Source: Sphagnum compactum (taxonomy: Eukaryota). Taken from it: 64,000 bases of DNA. How positions within the stretch are numbered: position 1 is the stretch's first letter; every line of letters starts with the position of its first letter. Below, piece after piece: positions 13,730 to 27,500 of the stretch. The stretch spans positions 15,304,213 through 15,368,212 of the forward strand of contig OZ234493.1 of assembly GCA_965153455.1 (NCBI GenBank). The letters run 5' to 3'. The notes beneath the pieces were generated by a model. The model saw only the letters and a list, made by a program, of their open reading frames with translations, did not search any database and was not told the origin of the DNA. The translations under genes and the position numbers were made by a program.

Positions 13730-14900
13730 ATTGCATTTAAGCATGGCATGTGGATAAATCAACAACTTGAAAATGCCATCAATGCAATGGAGAGGGGCCA
13801 CACATGTTCAAGGAAGGCTAGTAGGTATTGGAACATCATGTTAACCTTGCTTTTAGATAACTTCAATGGTAGAATCAGATTTTAAAAAGTGGGCCCCCCC
13901 AACGTGTGTTAATGAAATAGAATGATGAAGCAATAGCCACTTGGGTTCAAACATGCAAACGGTTGGCCTATTGGTCACCCTTCAACAATTCAAATTAAAG
14001 ATTGATGAAGTCACACAAACTCAACTTGCCCCATTTTGGAATGGTGTTCCAAGAAAAAGTTTGGTGGTTCTAGTTCAAAAAATTTCATACAAAAATCACC
14101 ATATGCCTTGTTGAAGGATTTAAGTTTATAGGGCAAAACGGCTAACTAAAGAAACATGCCATACTTTTGATCACAACTTGGAAAATTTGTACACATAACA
14201 CAAGTACCCATTAGATCACATTTGGAATTTAGATGAAACAATAATTCAAATAGGGCGACAATCTAGTGTTAGGGTTTTAATTAGGCGAGGTTCAATATGA
14301 TGTTTACAACACCATTCCCAAATTTCAAGAGTGGCTGATTATGAATTGTGTTGTTAATGTAACAAGGATAGCCTTGCCTACTTTTTACATTTTTAGAGGG
14401 TCAAGGATGTGGGAAGACTACATAAAGTTATGTAAACCAATAACATGCATGCTAATGTAGAAAAAAATGTGGATGACAACTTACCTCTTCAACCCGTGGT
14501 TGATTTTTTTTATACAAATTTATTCTAGGAGGGGTTTTTTAGAATAATTGACATATTTTAATTATAGATGGGCATGGGTCACATGTCACAATAAAGGCCC
14601 TTGAACAAGCAACAATATTAAGGTTGGACATGGTCACCTTACTTGCACATATTTCGCATGTGTTTTAATTGTTGGATGTCATTTACTTCACACCATTGAA
14701 GAATGTGTTTAGAAAGGCAAGAAATTGTGTTGTAAAAAAACAAGTATCTTGAATCAAACAAAGTCACATTTGAAGAATGGGTGGACAAAACCTTGTAGCA
14801 ATCCTTGAAAAAGGAGAACATGAAATTAGGGTTTAAGGTTTGTTGAATTTAGCCATTGAATCATGTAGCTGTGGTTGGAAAGTTTGGTCAAAGTGAAGTG
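13730..14900 (+). mobile_element. Decayed pogo/Tc1-mariner-superfamily transposase (HTH_psq/CENP-B-like plus DDE_1)
   Basis: Broken frames: HGMWINQQLENAINAMERG...RKASRYWNI (psq-type HTH), PLDHIWNLDET, LPTFYIFRG, and ILIIDGHGSHVT...LDMVTLLAHISH (DDE_1 motifs). Many stops and frameshifts. Confidence 0.8.
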
Positions 14901-16904
14901 TTCATTACAATAGAAGAGGAAGATCGTGAAAATTCTTATTAGTTAAATGCAACAAATGGATCCAACAAAAACATGGATGAAGTTAAAACTAGCACAAAGT
15001 TGTTGAACATTTTTGGGATTTTCTAACCAATGCTTGCCATTAATCCTACCACATCTAAATGCCCCTTTTCACCCACAACTCATTATTATGTAAGAATGCC
15101 ATGCAATCCAGCCACACCAATAAACAATTATGACAAAGATCAATTGGTGGTGAACTTGGAAGATCCTATTCTTGAATTAGAAACCTAAATGGTCCAAGTT
15201 AAATTCAAAAAGTTGTTAGATTGGCTAAGTAACCTATTGTCTCTACCATAATTACTAACAAAGAAAAGACAAGGCAAGGAACCATTTGTGAATTATTCTA
15301 ATTCACACATTGTCACATTAGACCGGCACTATTAAAATAGAAGGCAATGGACAAAAAAATTGATGATAAATTAGGGAGTTCAAAACAAAGGAAAAGGAGG
15401 AAAAAAATCAAAAAAGGTTGAAGGTACCCTTACCCAAGTTGAGTGGGCAACCCAAAGGATAATTGAAAAGGACAATAGAGCTAAGTTCATGATGCATGGT
15501 TTGTTGTTATTGTTAAAGTTGTTAATGAAAAATTCCACAATAATTTCAGAATAGGGTACATAGGGTTTGGCTTATGAATTACGCATGTGCAACAAAAAAA
15601 TGTTAGACAATGTTAAAAAAAAAGGCAAAAATGCAACTTGTTGGACATGTCTTAGCCAAGTTGTAACTTCCACTCACCAATAATAAATGAAAGAGGCAAG
15701 GGTTTGTGGTGGTTTTTGATGGCATTAGTGATGGCCAATCAAAGATGAGAAAAAGGACAAATAAAGAGGATGGAAAGGTATGGGAGGTTGTGATGGCTTC
15801 TATTGGCTTTGGTGACTTAGAAGGGAGAGAGAAAATTGATAGATTTTAAAAGAGAAAAAAAGGACATTGAATGAGAAAATATAGAGGGATTGAGAAAATG
15901 AAGGATAGAAAAAAAGAAAAGAAAAATGATTGAAAGATAAAAGAAAGTGGCAAAAAAAGAAAAATAGATTTGTACATAAATCTTTTGCATTAAAAATTTT
16001 GGGTACAATTTTTTTTTGAGAATTTCAGTTGCACAAATCATTTGTAGTAGAAATTTTGGGTATTAAATTTTTTTTGAGGATTTGAGGTGCGTAGATTTGT
16101 AATTCCACTATACACTAATTTTGGGTATTGAAATTTTCTTAAAGCACATAAATGTGAAGTAGAATTAGGTTTCAAAAATTTCTCCAACATTTGGGTATAC
16201 AAATTTATAATTGAAGTGGGTATGAAAGATTTTTCAAGGATTTCTTTAATGTTAGTGTGTTGCAAGTTGTCAGAATCATTAATTCTCCTACACCACCATC
16301 TTCATCGCCTTCCATTACAAATGACTTATAAAATGCCTTAAGACAACAAACGCATCACTAGACATTCAACACTTTATTGATCACCTTCAAAGTAGCTCCT
16401 TAAACACCATTTTTCATTTTTAAGGTTTAGTGGTTTTGATGGCACAAATGTCAACTCACATGAAGGTGGTCCTTGCTTTCTTATAAGAACACAAAACGAA
16501 CACAAATAAACATAAAGAAGAGAGAGAAGGGGTAAGGGATTTAAAATGAACAACTTGTGTTCTCCCTAAGTGACAATGATGGTGATAGCTAGGGTCTATT
16601 ACAATGATAGGGTGATGCGATGGTCGAACTTAACCATAGGGTGTTTTGGTCAAATTAAGGCAAGTGTTGGATTTTTTCCACCTCCCACACATTTTGCCCT
16701 GTCATTTCCAAATGCACATCACCTGCGTGAATGCCTTCCTAGCCGTGCACATCAAAGAACACTTTCATTTCCTCCTATGGAAAAAAATTAAAATAGTTAA
16801 ATTTATGCAATCTTAAACAACCATAGAGTAATGAAGGGGAGAATGACCATTTTGGTTTAACTCATTCACATAACTTGCACAATGGGATGGGATCAAGTGT
16901 AACT

Positions 16905-17060
16905 TTTATAACTTGAACAATGTGTTGATAATGATGTTAAGCATAACAAGTTGAATTAAACGTTGGCAATGGCATTGGGTATAAGGAGTTGAACTAAACG
17001 TTAGTGATGGTGTCATGTATAACAAACTAAGTTCAACATTAGCGATGGTGTTTGATAAAT
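16905..17060. repeat. ~39-bp degenerate tandem repeat (about 4 copies), probably TE subterminal repeats
   Basis: Units such as AGTTGAA(T/C)TAAACGTT(GG/AG)(C/T)(A/G)ATGG..T..GTATAA. Related units recur at 17575-17700. Confidence 0.6.
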
Positions 17061-20039
17061 GCTAATATTTTGACATTGTTTTATTTTTGAATTTTGACTT
17101 CAACATATAAAGTCTATCATAAAAACTACAAAAAAAATTCATAAGTAAAACACAACATAAAATACATTCTAGAATGCATATTTGCACAACTATTACTTTT
17201 ACATTGATTTGAAAATGAAATCACACCATGCCATATTGGAAAAAAACCAAAAATGAAACAAAATTACATTATAGTATCAATTTGATTTTCCATGAAACTA
17301 ATATCTAACTTTATCATGAACTTCTTTCTCTTTCAAAATTATTCAATGTTCTTTTCCTCATCCTCATTATGTCCAACCATCTTTAGAAATCTTTTAGAAA
17401 TCTTTTCAAGTTCCTACCATAAGCCTCAATTCAAACCTCCTCATAAATCAAAATCAACTCATTTATTTTGTTACTTTTTTGTCCACCCTATTAGACATTG
17501 ATATTCCATTTCTATCTAATTTCTCCAATAGGGACAACACAATTTTGCCTTTAACAATGTCAATTATAATAAATTGAGTTGACTATCAATGTAAGGTGAT
17601 GGCATTAATTTAAGGCAGTGGCATTGGGTATAACGAACTGAACTAGCTGAACATTGGTATAAGATGATGATGTTAGTGTAAAGCAATGGTGTCAAGTTCT
17701 TATAAATAGACGTAGACACAACACAAAGAACATACACAAACATAGCACAAAGACTATACACAAACATAGGCATTGATCCCCTATGTATCATTTTCATGCG
17801 ATGGTGTCAAGTTTCAATAGACAAACATAAACACAACACAACAAAATACACAAACAAAGAGAGAAAAAGGAGACTATGAGAAAAGGAAACATAGCTTAGT
17901 TGATTTGAGGAAAGAACTATAGCGACCATTAGTTCAATGTTCTTTAACATCTAGGGAGAGACAAAAAAAATTGCCGTAAGTGGCATCTTGGGGGTTGTCA
18001 ACCTTAAGGTAGAAGGTTATTGTTTAATTTTTTTAAATTTAAAACCCTCAACAAACTTGTGATTGTGCGATTGTTGTTGCAAAGCTTTAGACTTATTATA
18101 ACTTAAAAATAATTGAATGCTAATAAAAATAATAGTTTAAACTTAATTATATTATTATTCTATTGTTTATGCAAGGAAAGGTGTCCTTCCATAAGATCTG
18201 AACTGCATAGAGATAAAAGTCTTAAGTGTTCAATCCATTTTTTTCAAAACATCAAGAACCACCTTTCTTTCAACAACCACAACTTCCTCATTTTAGCTCG
18301 GAATTGAGTGTCGTAAACACCTACTTGTGCTGTGGTTGAAGGTTCACATAAGCTCTTTGAGGACCTTGATAAAAAAATGCACAACTACTAAACAAGCCCC
18401 TGAGATTTGAGTTCTTAATGTTTACTCACCAACTGTTTTACCCTAGTGTACTTTATTCCTCCTTGTTTAAGAGCGTATACACCTACAGCAGTAAAATAGC
18501 CTGTACCATATATTTTGGATGAAGTACATATTTAGGATCAAAATGGTGTGGAACTCAAGCTAGTGTGCTTGGGAGTTTCTTTCAGATTTTGGGCATGGCA
18601 GGTGGGTGTTCTTCAGAATTTTTTAGCAAATTCAAAAACCCTAAACCCTAATTAGGGCCTAACCAGCCTAGCTACTACAGTATATGATTCAGTGGGGAGT
18701 GCTGTTGTCTGAGGTTTTTTAGAGAGTTCAGATTCTATCCATCTTGGATTCTGCCAAAATGATGACCCGAGCTAAAGGGATGATGTTACTATGGAATATA
18801 TAGTCTCTTGCAAGTTTCATCTAAAATACCCACATCTTCAGGCATTTCATTTTTGGAAATCGCCATTCGTGATGGACACTGGATTTTGTTGGGATAATTG
18901 TGTGTCCACGTACACTATATCTTGGCTGAGTTTATTATATAGACTTAATCAATTCGGTAAGATATATTAAAAAACTAAATCTTTCATGGAATATTAAGCT
19001 GTTTGAGATCCCTTTGATTTTCTTATGTTGAGCTTGATTTTCAGTTCCTTACATTTAAGGTATGTGCAGAGTGCAGACAGGTATCTGATATCACTTACTG
19101 CACAACAACAAATTTTTGACACCAATTGTTGTTCCACCCAGTTTAGTAGTAGTTTGGCTCAAATTGTGTTGCAAAAGACCCAAAACATGTGTTGGGCGGT
19201 TCTTTACATTTTCAAAGACCCCTCACATCTGGTTCTTTGATTACTTGCGCACGAGAGAACCTTGACCACTCTAGAAACCAGTTCTCTTTTCATTGATAAG
19301 ATCTGGTCATGTGTTGTCAGTTTTCTTTAAAAAAAAAATTTAAGAGAGAAAACGAGCTTGATTTAAGACATGATTTGATATAATTTTTCTCATTTTTTTC
19401 CTCCATTTTACACATATAAAAAGTTGATGACAATTTATTTTTTAAAAGGAATGGGGACTGGCTGTGACCTTGGAATTCCCCAAAATCCAAGAGATGTTTT
19501 TTTTTAAAGGATTGGCAGTTGACTAGTATTTCACATCTCCCCAAAGCCCGACATGTTAATAAGAAAATTTAATGAGAAACACTGGCGACTGCATCTTGTG
19601 TCCTTGGAGTCCAAAAAGTATTTTAGTTAAAGTGAAGACTTATCGCTTAACTTTGATGGCTTTCTCATCCTCGCAATGGGCAAACACAAAATAGTAGCAG
19701 CGAGTTAAATGCGGCATCAAGCTCAACACAATTATTATACAATAGAGTACAGTGACTAGGGGAAAAAACCTGATGCCACATTTAACTTGTTACTATTTAG
19801 TGTGTTCGCCTTCTTGCAGTGTCTAACATTCATCAGTTCTTTCAGAAAATATGCATCAATTTTCTGAGAAAGAATCAGCTCGAACTGCAAAAATGGCACT
19901 AAACCAGATTTTAATACACAATCAAAACAGCAAAACGAAAATTGTGTCAGAATTTTCATATACTCAACACTTTTCTAAGAAAATTGTTGCAAGATTCTTT
20001 TTAGATGCCTTTTAGTTCACAACATTCTGAGCAGAAAAA

Positions 20040-20300
20040 CATGGAAGTCACCATATTTTGACTCTTGGGTCCTTGGAGGTCACCAAAATATAAAGCGGGA
20101 ATCTGAAAATATCTATTGCCCTCTCTGACTTGTAGCCAAATACATGGAAGTCTCCAGCCATATTACTGGGTTCTTTGAGGTGACCAAAACATAGTAGGAT
20201 TCTAGAAAATATCCTTCCGTCCTCTCTGACCTACAGCCCAAATTTGGCTCTTTCCTCTTGTGGATGGTTGCCACTATGATTACAATACAAAATTGGAAAA
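20040..20300 (-). repeat. Dispersed 'AGCCAAATTTGGCT / GTAGCT..AGTGGC.ATCATCCA' repeat family (representative copy)
   Basis: The same motif string occurs at ~2998-3130, 9895-9990, 23815-24070, 25210-25330, 26790-27060 and 46440-46690, in both orientations. Confidence 0.7.
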
Positions 20301-21200
20301 GAAAAGAAATCCTGCACCCAACACTGCTCAAAGGGTTTAGGTTTCTTCAGCACTTGTTTGAGCAGTACTGGTCTCTGGACCCATTCAATATGCCCCACAA
20401 GTGTGCAGGTAATGAGATCTTGTATACAAAGGTTAGTTTGATTAGCCTTCAAGCTGATGACCATAAGCTTTGTCATAGTAGTAGTAGTAGTAGTACTAGA
20501 AGAATACTCTTGGAGCTTGTAGCATTTTTTGAAATTGTCAATTTTTCATCTCCAGGGCTCCTCCATAAGGAAAAGTAAAATTTTCAATAAAAATCAGCAG
20601 TTTGCAAAGAGCTCCATGCAGAAGATTCTGCAACATTCCAACATATATATGCCTGGTGGTTGGGTGGGTAAGTGAGTTCAAGTGGGTTAACATAAGTCCC
20701 CAAAAGTAGTGATATGTGTAAAGCTCCCAGAAGAGATTATCTTCACCAACTCCTATGGGATTCTAATCTATGGGCTCCATGAATGAAGTTCCGTGGAGGC
20801 AGGCAGGCAACCAGGCAACCAGTTTTGCACAAAGCTTAAGAAAAGGTCGGTGGTGGCACTCTGTGTATTGTCAGTCGGGCCATAGCATATATATTGATCT
20901 ACATGAAACGTTCTATATTTGTAACATTTCTTAATTCCTTGTGATCTGAGATTTCTCAGACCCATAACCACCCGTTGTAAGAATCTCGATGCTCTTACTA
21001 TTGGCTTTTGGGTCTTGAGTTACATAACCTTTGACCTTCATTTCATCAACGACCTACTAGGCAGTTAGCACAAGGTGCCACCTTACCCATTGATTCTGTA
21101 ACCATTCACTGCTTGGATGAACATTTCATAATTGCTCTCCCAAGCATGAAAAGAATGCATCCTGATTCTCAAGAGGAGTGGATGGCGATCTCTGATAATG

Positions 21201-21340
21201 GACAAGAATGTGCAAGTTATGGTGAATAGTCTCAACAAGAGTGTGCAAGTTATCGTGAATAGTGTCAACAAGAGTGTGCAAGTTATTGTGAATGGTCTTG
21301 AAGGGAGTATGGAGGTTACTATGAATAAATAGTCTTGATG
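21201..21340. repeat. 33-bp tandem repeat (3 good copies plus 1-2 degenerate)
   Basis: Unit CAAGAGTGTGCAAGTTAT(G/C/T)GTGAAT(A/G)GT(C/G)TCAA. Confidence 0.9.
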
Positions 21341-21920
21341 CTAGTGTGCCTCAACTATTCACAATAACCTATGAGATTTGGCTGGGTACTTAGTCCATAG
21401 CTGGTGGGGTGAAAGTGTGCAACACCAAATGATAAAAAGCTGGCATGAAATCTTGTCAAACCCTGTATAGAACATGTTTTTAATGTTTTCTGGTTTGGTT
21501 TTGATGTTTTTGTGAATTACTAGAACAGAAGGGTATGTTAGTAACTAGGCTAGTATCAAATTAGCCTGCCCAAATCTCAACAACTAGAGATCCAGTTAGC
21601 CTGCATGCTAGCAATTATGGGGATCTTCCAAACCTGCCAATGAACAAGTGCACACACTAAATAGAATGTCAGAAATTAGCTTTACCCAAATGTATAGTAT
21701 CCTAGCCCCTATAACTCTATAGGTTCATTTTCAGGTTCCTCTTTTTGTCATTATTAAACTACATATCTAAATGCCTATAGAGGAAGTTTTTTTTGCTGCA
21801 AATCATTTCATATCTCAAAACAATTTTTGCTCATTCTTGTGAAGTCTTATGTATAAAATGTCAATGCATATTAATATCATCTATCCAATATCCCCATACT
21901 ACTTTCTTCTTTTGAAAAGC

Positions 21921-21924
<4 letters not shown>

Positions 21925-21963
<39 letters not shown>
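21925..21963. repeat. (GA)19 microsatellite
   Basis: Read directly from the sequence. Confidence 0.95.
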
Positions 21964-21967
<4 letters not shown>

Positions 21968-22346
21968 ATTAGTCATTTGTGTATGTTTTGAGTTTTTGAT
22001 GGTAAGAGTTTATAATCGTTATATTTAGTAAAATTTGATTTAAGCTTTGGTTTTAATGTATGTAAAGGGTTTGGGGACATGATCTTCTTTGTTCTGTGTG
22101 GTGTTATAGACTTCATGGGAAGACCTTTTAGAATCTGATATGTTTGCATTGTAGAAAACTGTGCTTCCTTGGATTGTTCATAGAGTGCTAAAGAATTTTT
22201 AGAAGTAGGAGTTTGAACCTTTCTTCTTCTTTGTATTCTGTCCAAGACCTCGAGATTGGCTCCTTTTTCGACACAAGTGCATTAGAAAGATGACGGCTTG
22301 AAAACTCATTGGTGTTGTGGTTTCAATTGGATAATTTCAGCAATAT

Positions 22347-22742
22347 TAAAGTTATCCGTAAAGTCAGGCGATTACGGGGGCAAGAACGGCCAGTTTAAGC
22401 ATAATAAGGCATCAAATGCGTAAATGGGAATGAAATTTTACAAAACAAAATAACTGAGACCCAAACTAGTTTTTTCGCCAATTTTGGTGGTAAACTGAGT
22501 TTCATCCCCTCTTTCCTTTTTCCTGAGCGCCTCCTCTGCTGCTACATATATTTTCACTGCTCCTACCTGTACAACTACTATTATTACTCTCGAACCTTGT
22601 GCATTAAATGCTGCGTTTCAGCATTTCATACTGAGATTTAATAAAATTTACTTACTTTGTGGATACCACTGAAAGAGGGGATAAGCGGTGAACGGAGAGG
22701 GAATAGGAGCTGAAAGAGAGGGTGAATTTACGGATAACTTTA
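22347..22742. mobile_element. MITE-like element bounded by a perfect 16-bp inverted repeat with TA at each outer end
   Basis: TAAAGTTATCCGTAAA (22347-22362) and TTTACGGATAACTTTA (22727-22742). The interior retains CpGs and holds a second 12-bp inverted pair (22504-22515 / 22671-22682). Confidence 0.6.
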
Positions 22743-24267
22743 TTGACCAAAAGAAGTCAAGTACAAATTTCTGTATACAAGTTTCATAACTACATTTAAT
22801 TCATTTTCTAACTTCATAATTACATTTTTATTTTTTTCATTTAATATCAAACGTGGAAAAATTATATTAATTTCAAAAAATAGTTAGTTTCTTCAATGCA
22901 ATGCAAACTAGAGGGAAAAGGAGGGAACAACTATCTCATGAAACGCATGATAACTATAGAAAACTAATATTTTGGAGTAAACACCTAACACACCCTATTG
23001 TAGAGAATTAAAGGATGATGAGGTTTAGAAGGTCCCAACAAGAATAAAAAATTCCTCGAGTTGATAAATATTAATATGTACATCTTTCATCTTGGTTTCT
23101 ATGTGAAATGTGGTGAAGAGGTGCATTTTGCTACCATGGAATGGCTTATGTTCTTCAATAGGTTTTTGTCAAATTAGCATCGTATTCTCTAGTCTCTTTT
23201 ACTTTTGTCGATTGACTCAACTTTTTGTAAGAGATGATAAGCCAACTTGTGATGCACACAGATATTATTTTCTCCTCTTGATAAGAGACCAAATCAAAAG
23301 TGATGGGTGCATGGGTATCTTTGAAACTATCTTTGAAACTATCATGTTGGGAATGAAAAAGAATGTGTGTCAAGGCTTGAGAAGTTTTGATGCTGATTAC
23401 AGTAAAATGTTTAGCAATAAGGACGTCAAGTTTCCGATGCATCCAAGTACTTATGGTGGTGGTCCTTTTCTTGCTTGGAATTCCGGAGCTCATTTAATTT
23501 AAAAATGAAGTTAGAAAATTGGCTCCAATGAGCCAGTTTCTACTCTCATCAAAGTTTTATGATAGCATAAAATCATGTTAGGAAAAAAATGCATGAAGAT
23601 ATGGATACTTAACTCAATCATTCCACAGCACAAAAGTTGTGAAATGTGTTTCTAACTTGGGTGTCCTAATCCTACCCTATGCAAAGCGTGGATGGGTTGA
23701 TTTGGGTGTGTAGCTTGTAACTATGAAGATTGTTCATCTGTAGGGAGCTCACATAGCCAATGTGTTTTGGGATCCATTTCAGCAATACCTGTATGCAGCA
23801 TTTTTAATTTTTTTTGGTGGCAGTTTTGTCACTTGGCAACCAAAATTTTTGAGTGCAACTCATATACCAAGGATTTTGTGAGAGCACCAAAGTCGGTGGA
23901 TTTCAAGGAAATCGCCATATTTAGACAATAGGTTCCAGCAGGTTGCCCAAATACAGCAGAATTCATGAAAATTTTCCACTTTCCTCTAGAACCCTCTCAC
24001 TGTCGCCAAGTTTGGCTAAATCCTCTTGCAGGATGATTGCCAGTGTGACTACATCACAGAAAAGAAGAAGGAAAACCAAGTGCGCATGTGAGTTGTAAAG
24101 GGGGGATTTAGAAATTATTGGGTTTCAATTGGTTTTCCATCGTCAGATTGGAGTCTGCCATTTCCTTCATTCTGAAGGACTGTTATATAACAGAACCGAC
24201 TCTCTGATTTTCTGAGAAAACTGGTTATGTGATTAAACGCTAAACCGTGATAACTGGAGGGCATTCA

Positions 24268-24562
24268 GTGCCATTTCTGATCCCTGCATAACACTAGTCT
24301 CAATGGGTATTCTGGACATTGTGACTTAGTAACAAAATTGCACTCAATTGGGTACTCTGGACATGTGACTTTTATGGTAACACAATTGCACTCAATTGCA
24401 TACTCTGGACATTGTGCCATTTCTGATCCCTGCACAACACTAGTCTCAATGGGTATTCTGGACATTGTGACTTTGTAACAAAATTGCACTCAATTGGGTA
24501 CTCTGGACATTGTGACTTTATGGTAACACAATTGCACTCAATTGCATACTCTGGACATTGTG
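24268..24562. repeat. Higher-order tandem repeat: 2 x 146 bp, each made of three ~48-bp subunits
   Basis: Copies start at 24268 and 24414. The core CTCAAT(T)G(G/C)(G/A)TA(C/T)TCTGGACAT(T)GTG occurs six times. Confidence 0.95.
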
Positions 24563-27500
24563 GGTTCTTGCAATCTTGTAGTGCTCATGCTTGTTGTTGG
24601 GGTTATTGAACAACCAACCCTAGAAGATTCTTTCAAGAACTCAACCTTGGTGAAGGTGATGATAGCCTTTAGAAAGATGATTAGATGAGAAGTTGTGCCA
24701 AGACCAAGTCATGCATATTGTTTGGTCACTAGGTATGTGTGTAGAATGTCTCCGTTGATCAAGGTGAATCTTATTTAATTTGGAGGTCGCAAGTCTCAAC
24801 CAAGAAGAGACCAAATATCATAATTTGTTCCAAATGGACATGTGATCCTCCAATTGTTTCTTAATTGAAAAGTGCACATGGCTATTTAGACTCCTCTAAG
24901 GATCAATAACAAAGTATACCAAACCATTTGTCTCTCTATCTTTATCCATTCTATTGGTTTGTTTGTCATAATGTCCCCAAAACAAACAAGACATGAAAAG
25001 CATGATTGGTTTTATGCACGTGACCCAAGTTGAAGATAATACAATTGAAATGTTCATTGCTCAAGAGGATTGAACCCTTGTGAGGTGCAAGAGCAACTTT
25101 CAAAGAACCCTTTGCAAGATGGTAATTTGAATGGTGAAACAATAATTCAAACCAAAAGAAAAAAATGTCATTTGTCTATGTGAAGCATTGTTTTTTAAAA
25201 GGATTTTAGAATAGTGCTAAGGTGGTGATAATCCATAGAAAGATTTAGCTAGATTTGACTACAATTGAATTATGACAAATGAAAAAATAATCGAGAGTCT
25301 TTCTATATTAATGATATCCTGTACAAATTCATAGAAATATCTAGTCCTGGGAGTGGGAAGGAAGGAAATCACATGTAGATGAAATTACACATTGATGAAT
25401 GGAAATTATCAAATTGACCAAATTGTGTAGATTGATGAAATAACAATCTTCATGGCAATAATGAAACTATAAGTCCACAAATTTGAAATTGATATTCATA
25501 CATATATGTTAATTTATTCATGTTGACCTTAATGGCCTACCTATTTTTCCACCTAATCTTTTTTTTTAATAGGTAAGTTTACATACATATTTCCTCTCTA
25601 TAGATTCACATCTTTACTTACAAGTTGACCTTTAAAAGGAAACACCTTCAAGCTTGTTCTAGCTATTTTTTGCACACATTAACTTATAATTTAAAAAATG
25701 AGCACCACCCCTCATGCCCCCACCCCAATTGTGATTTAATGTTTTCATTTTTGCTCATGAATATTTTGTGGGATGATAATAATAATAATAACATTGTTTG
25801 AATAGTTACAACATTCATGAAAATGATAGGTATCCCAACTTATATTTAATAAAATAGGGCATATGCAAGCTTGGCTAATATCATTAAGAACCACCTTGTC
25901 AAAATCAAAAGAAGGTTCAAACCAATTTAATTTTTAAAATGTTTTTTATTTACTTGTTTTCTATCGGCATATATCACATGAGTTAGGTCTTCATCACTTA
26001 TGCATGCACCTATGAAAAATCATAAACATTTATAGACCTATACTTTAAAACAATTGATAGGTGTCATGATTTCTTTTCTTGTCTTTAAATGTATTTGTAA
26101 TTTTATATAATGTATTTTCATTCATTGCATATAATAGTGCATGTATGGTCCAAAGTGTTCATGAGAATTGAAAAACACAAGAATTGTTAAAAATTTGTGT
26201 TTTTAATTGTAATGGCTAGTTTGGACCCATGTTCATGAAATTTGAAATTCGGTAACTAAATTATATCTACCTCAATGAATTACCTTATGCACTTAAACAT
26301 CATGTGAGGTATTTTTAAAAATTGTATTAAGGTTCTTTTTGTGTCCTTTACCAAATGAATATCCATTCTGACATTCCTAAAACTTTGTGGGGATCCAATG
26401 ATTAGGGACATCGAAATACCAAATATATTGTTGATTTCATTAAGATCTACAAGATTTGCTTAATATATTCACCATTGTTTTTACTTAAATTCATTCATTA
26501 TGTGTATTCATTTTATTGTTGTGAAATTTGATGGATATAGTAAATGAAGGTGTGATGTTCCTTATGGTACCACCCATTTATACTTGCCCTCAGTAGATGA
26601 AATGAAATTATTTTTAAATGAAATATGTTTTAATTATCATCCCCTTTGTTACATGCACAATATTATTAATTCATTTATTTTTATTTCTATATATTTATTT
26701 TGTAAACGTTTTACAATGTAACCATTTTACAATATGAAAACTACTTATTTTGTAAGTGTTTTATAGTGTAAACATGTTGGACACATGATGTTTTTGGTGA
26801 GTTTTTGCCATTCAGCCAAAAAAAAAGGATTGCGTATTGCCCAACGGATTTTTTTGGAAAAAAGGCCCAAAGTTGTGACATTTCAATGAAGAAAAAACGA
26901 GAATCTCCATATTTAGAGGATAGGTTCTTGTGTGTCACCAATTTATAGTGGGTTTTGAAAAAAAATTACTTTTGGTTTTAACATCTAACCAAATTTGACT
27001 TGGTTAAGTCTTCTTGTAGATGATCACCTATCCGCTTACCACACAAAATTGAAAAAGAAATCCATGGTTGTAAATGTAACCATTTAAAAAATAACTTTAT
27101 TTCCTTTTAATTTGGTGTTATCCATGAATCCAAGGTATGCAATTGGTTTAAGATTGAATAGGTGGTAAATTTTGAATTAGATAATATGTCTTGATTAGAA
27201 TTAGATAATGATGTCTCCATGTGTTTCATTTGGGAAAATGATTTTAATATTATTAATTTTATTGCATTAAAAAGGTAATGTTTTATTGGGAATTATAAAT
27301 AAACCATCTAAATGTGATTTTTTCCCACCCTTTAAGGTTATTGCTTCCTTTCATATATAGTCATGTTTTAATTAATGTTGATCAATCTAATCTTGTTTTT
27401 TTAGAAAAAAATATAGATTCAGGTTTAAATTTTTTGTAAATTGTATGACCATTTAATTTCAGGTATAACAAATATTCTAAAAAACTAAAAGCTATCAGTT

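Noticed and set aside
20720-20748. miR390 target-like site (TAS3)
   Set aside because: Needs several bulges and mismatches; no second site or tasiARF sequence nearby.
20797-20820. miR160-like string (TGCCTGGTTGCCTGCCTGCCT on the - strand)
   Set aside because: Five mismatches to miR160, low complexity, and no star arm found.
24268-24562. CRISPR-like repeat-spacer appearance
   Set aside because: Linkers recur (ABC-ABC) and are partly homologous, the context is a plant nucleus, and there are no cas genes.
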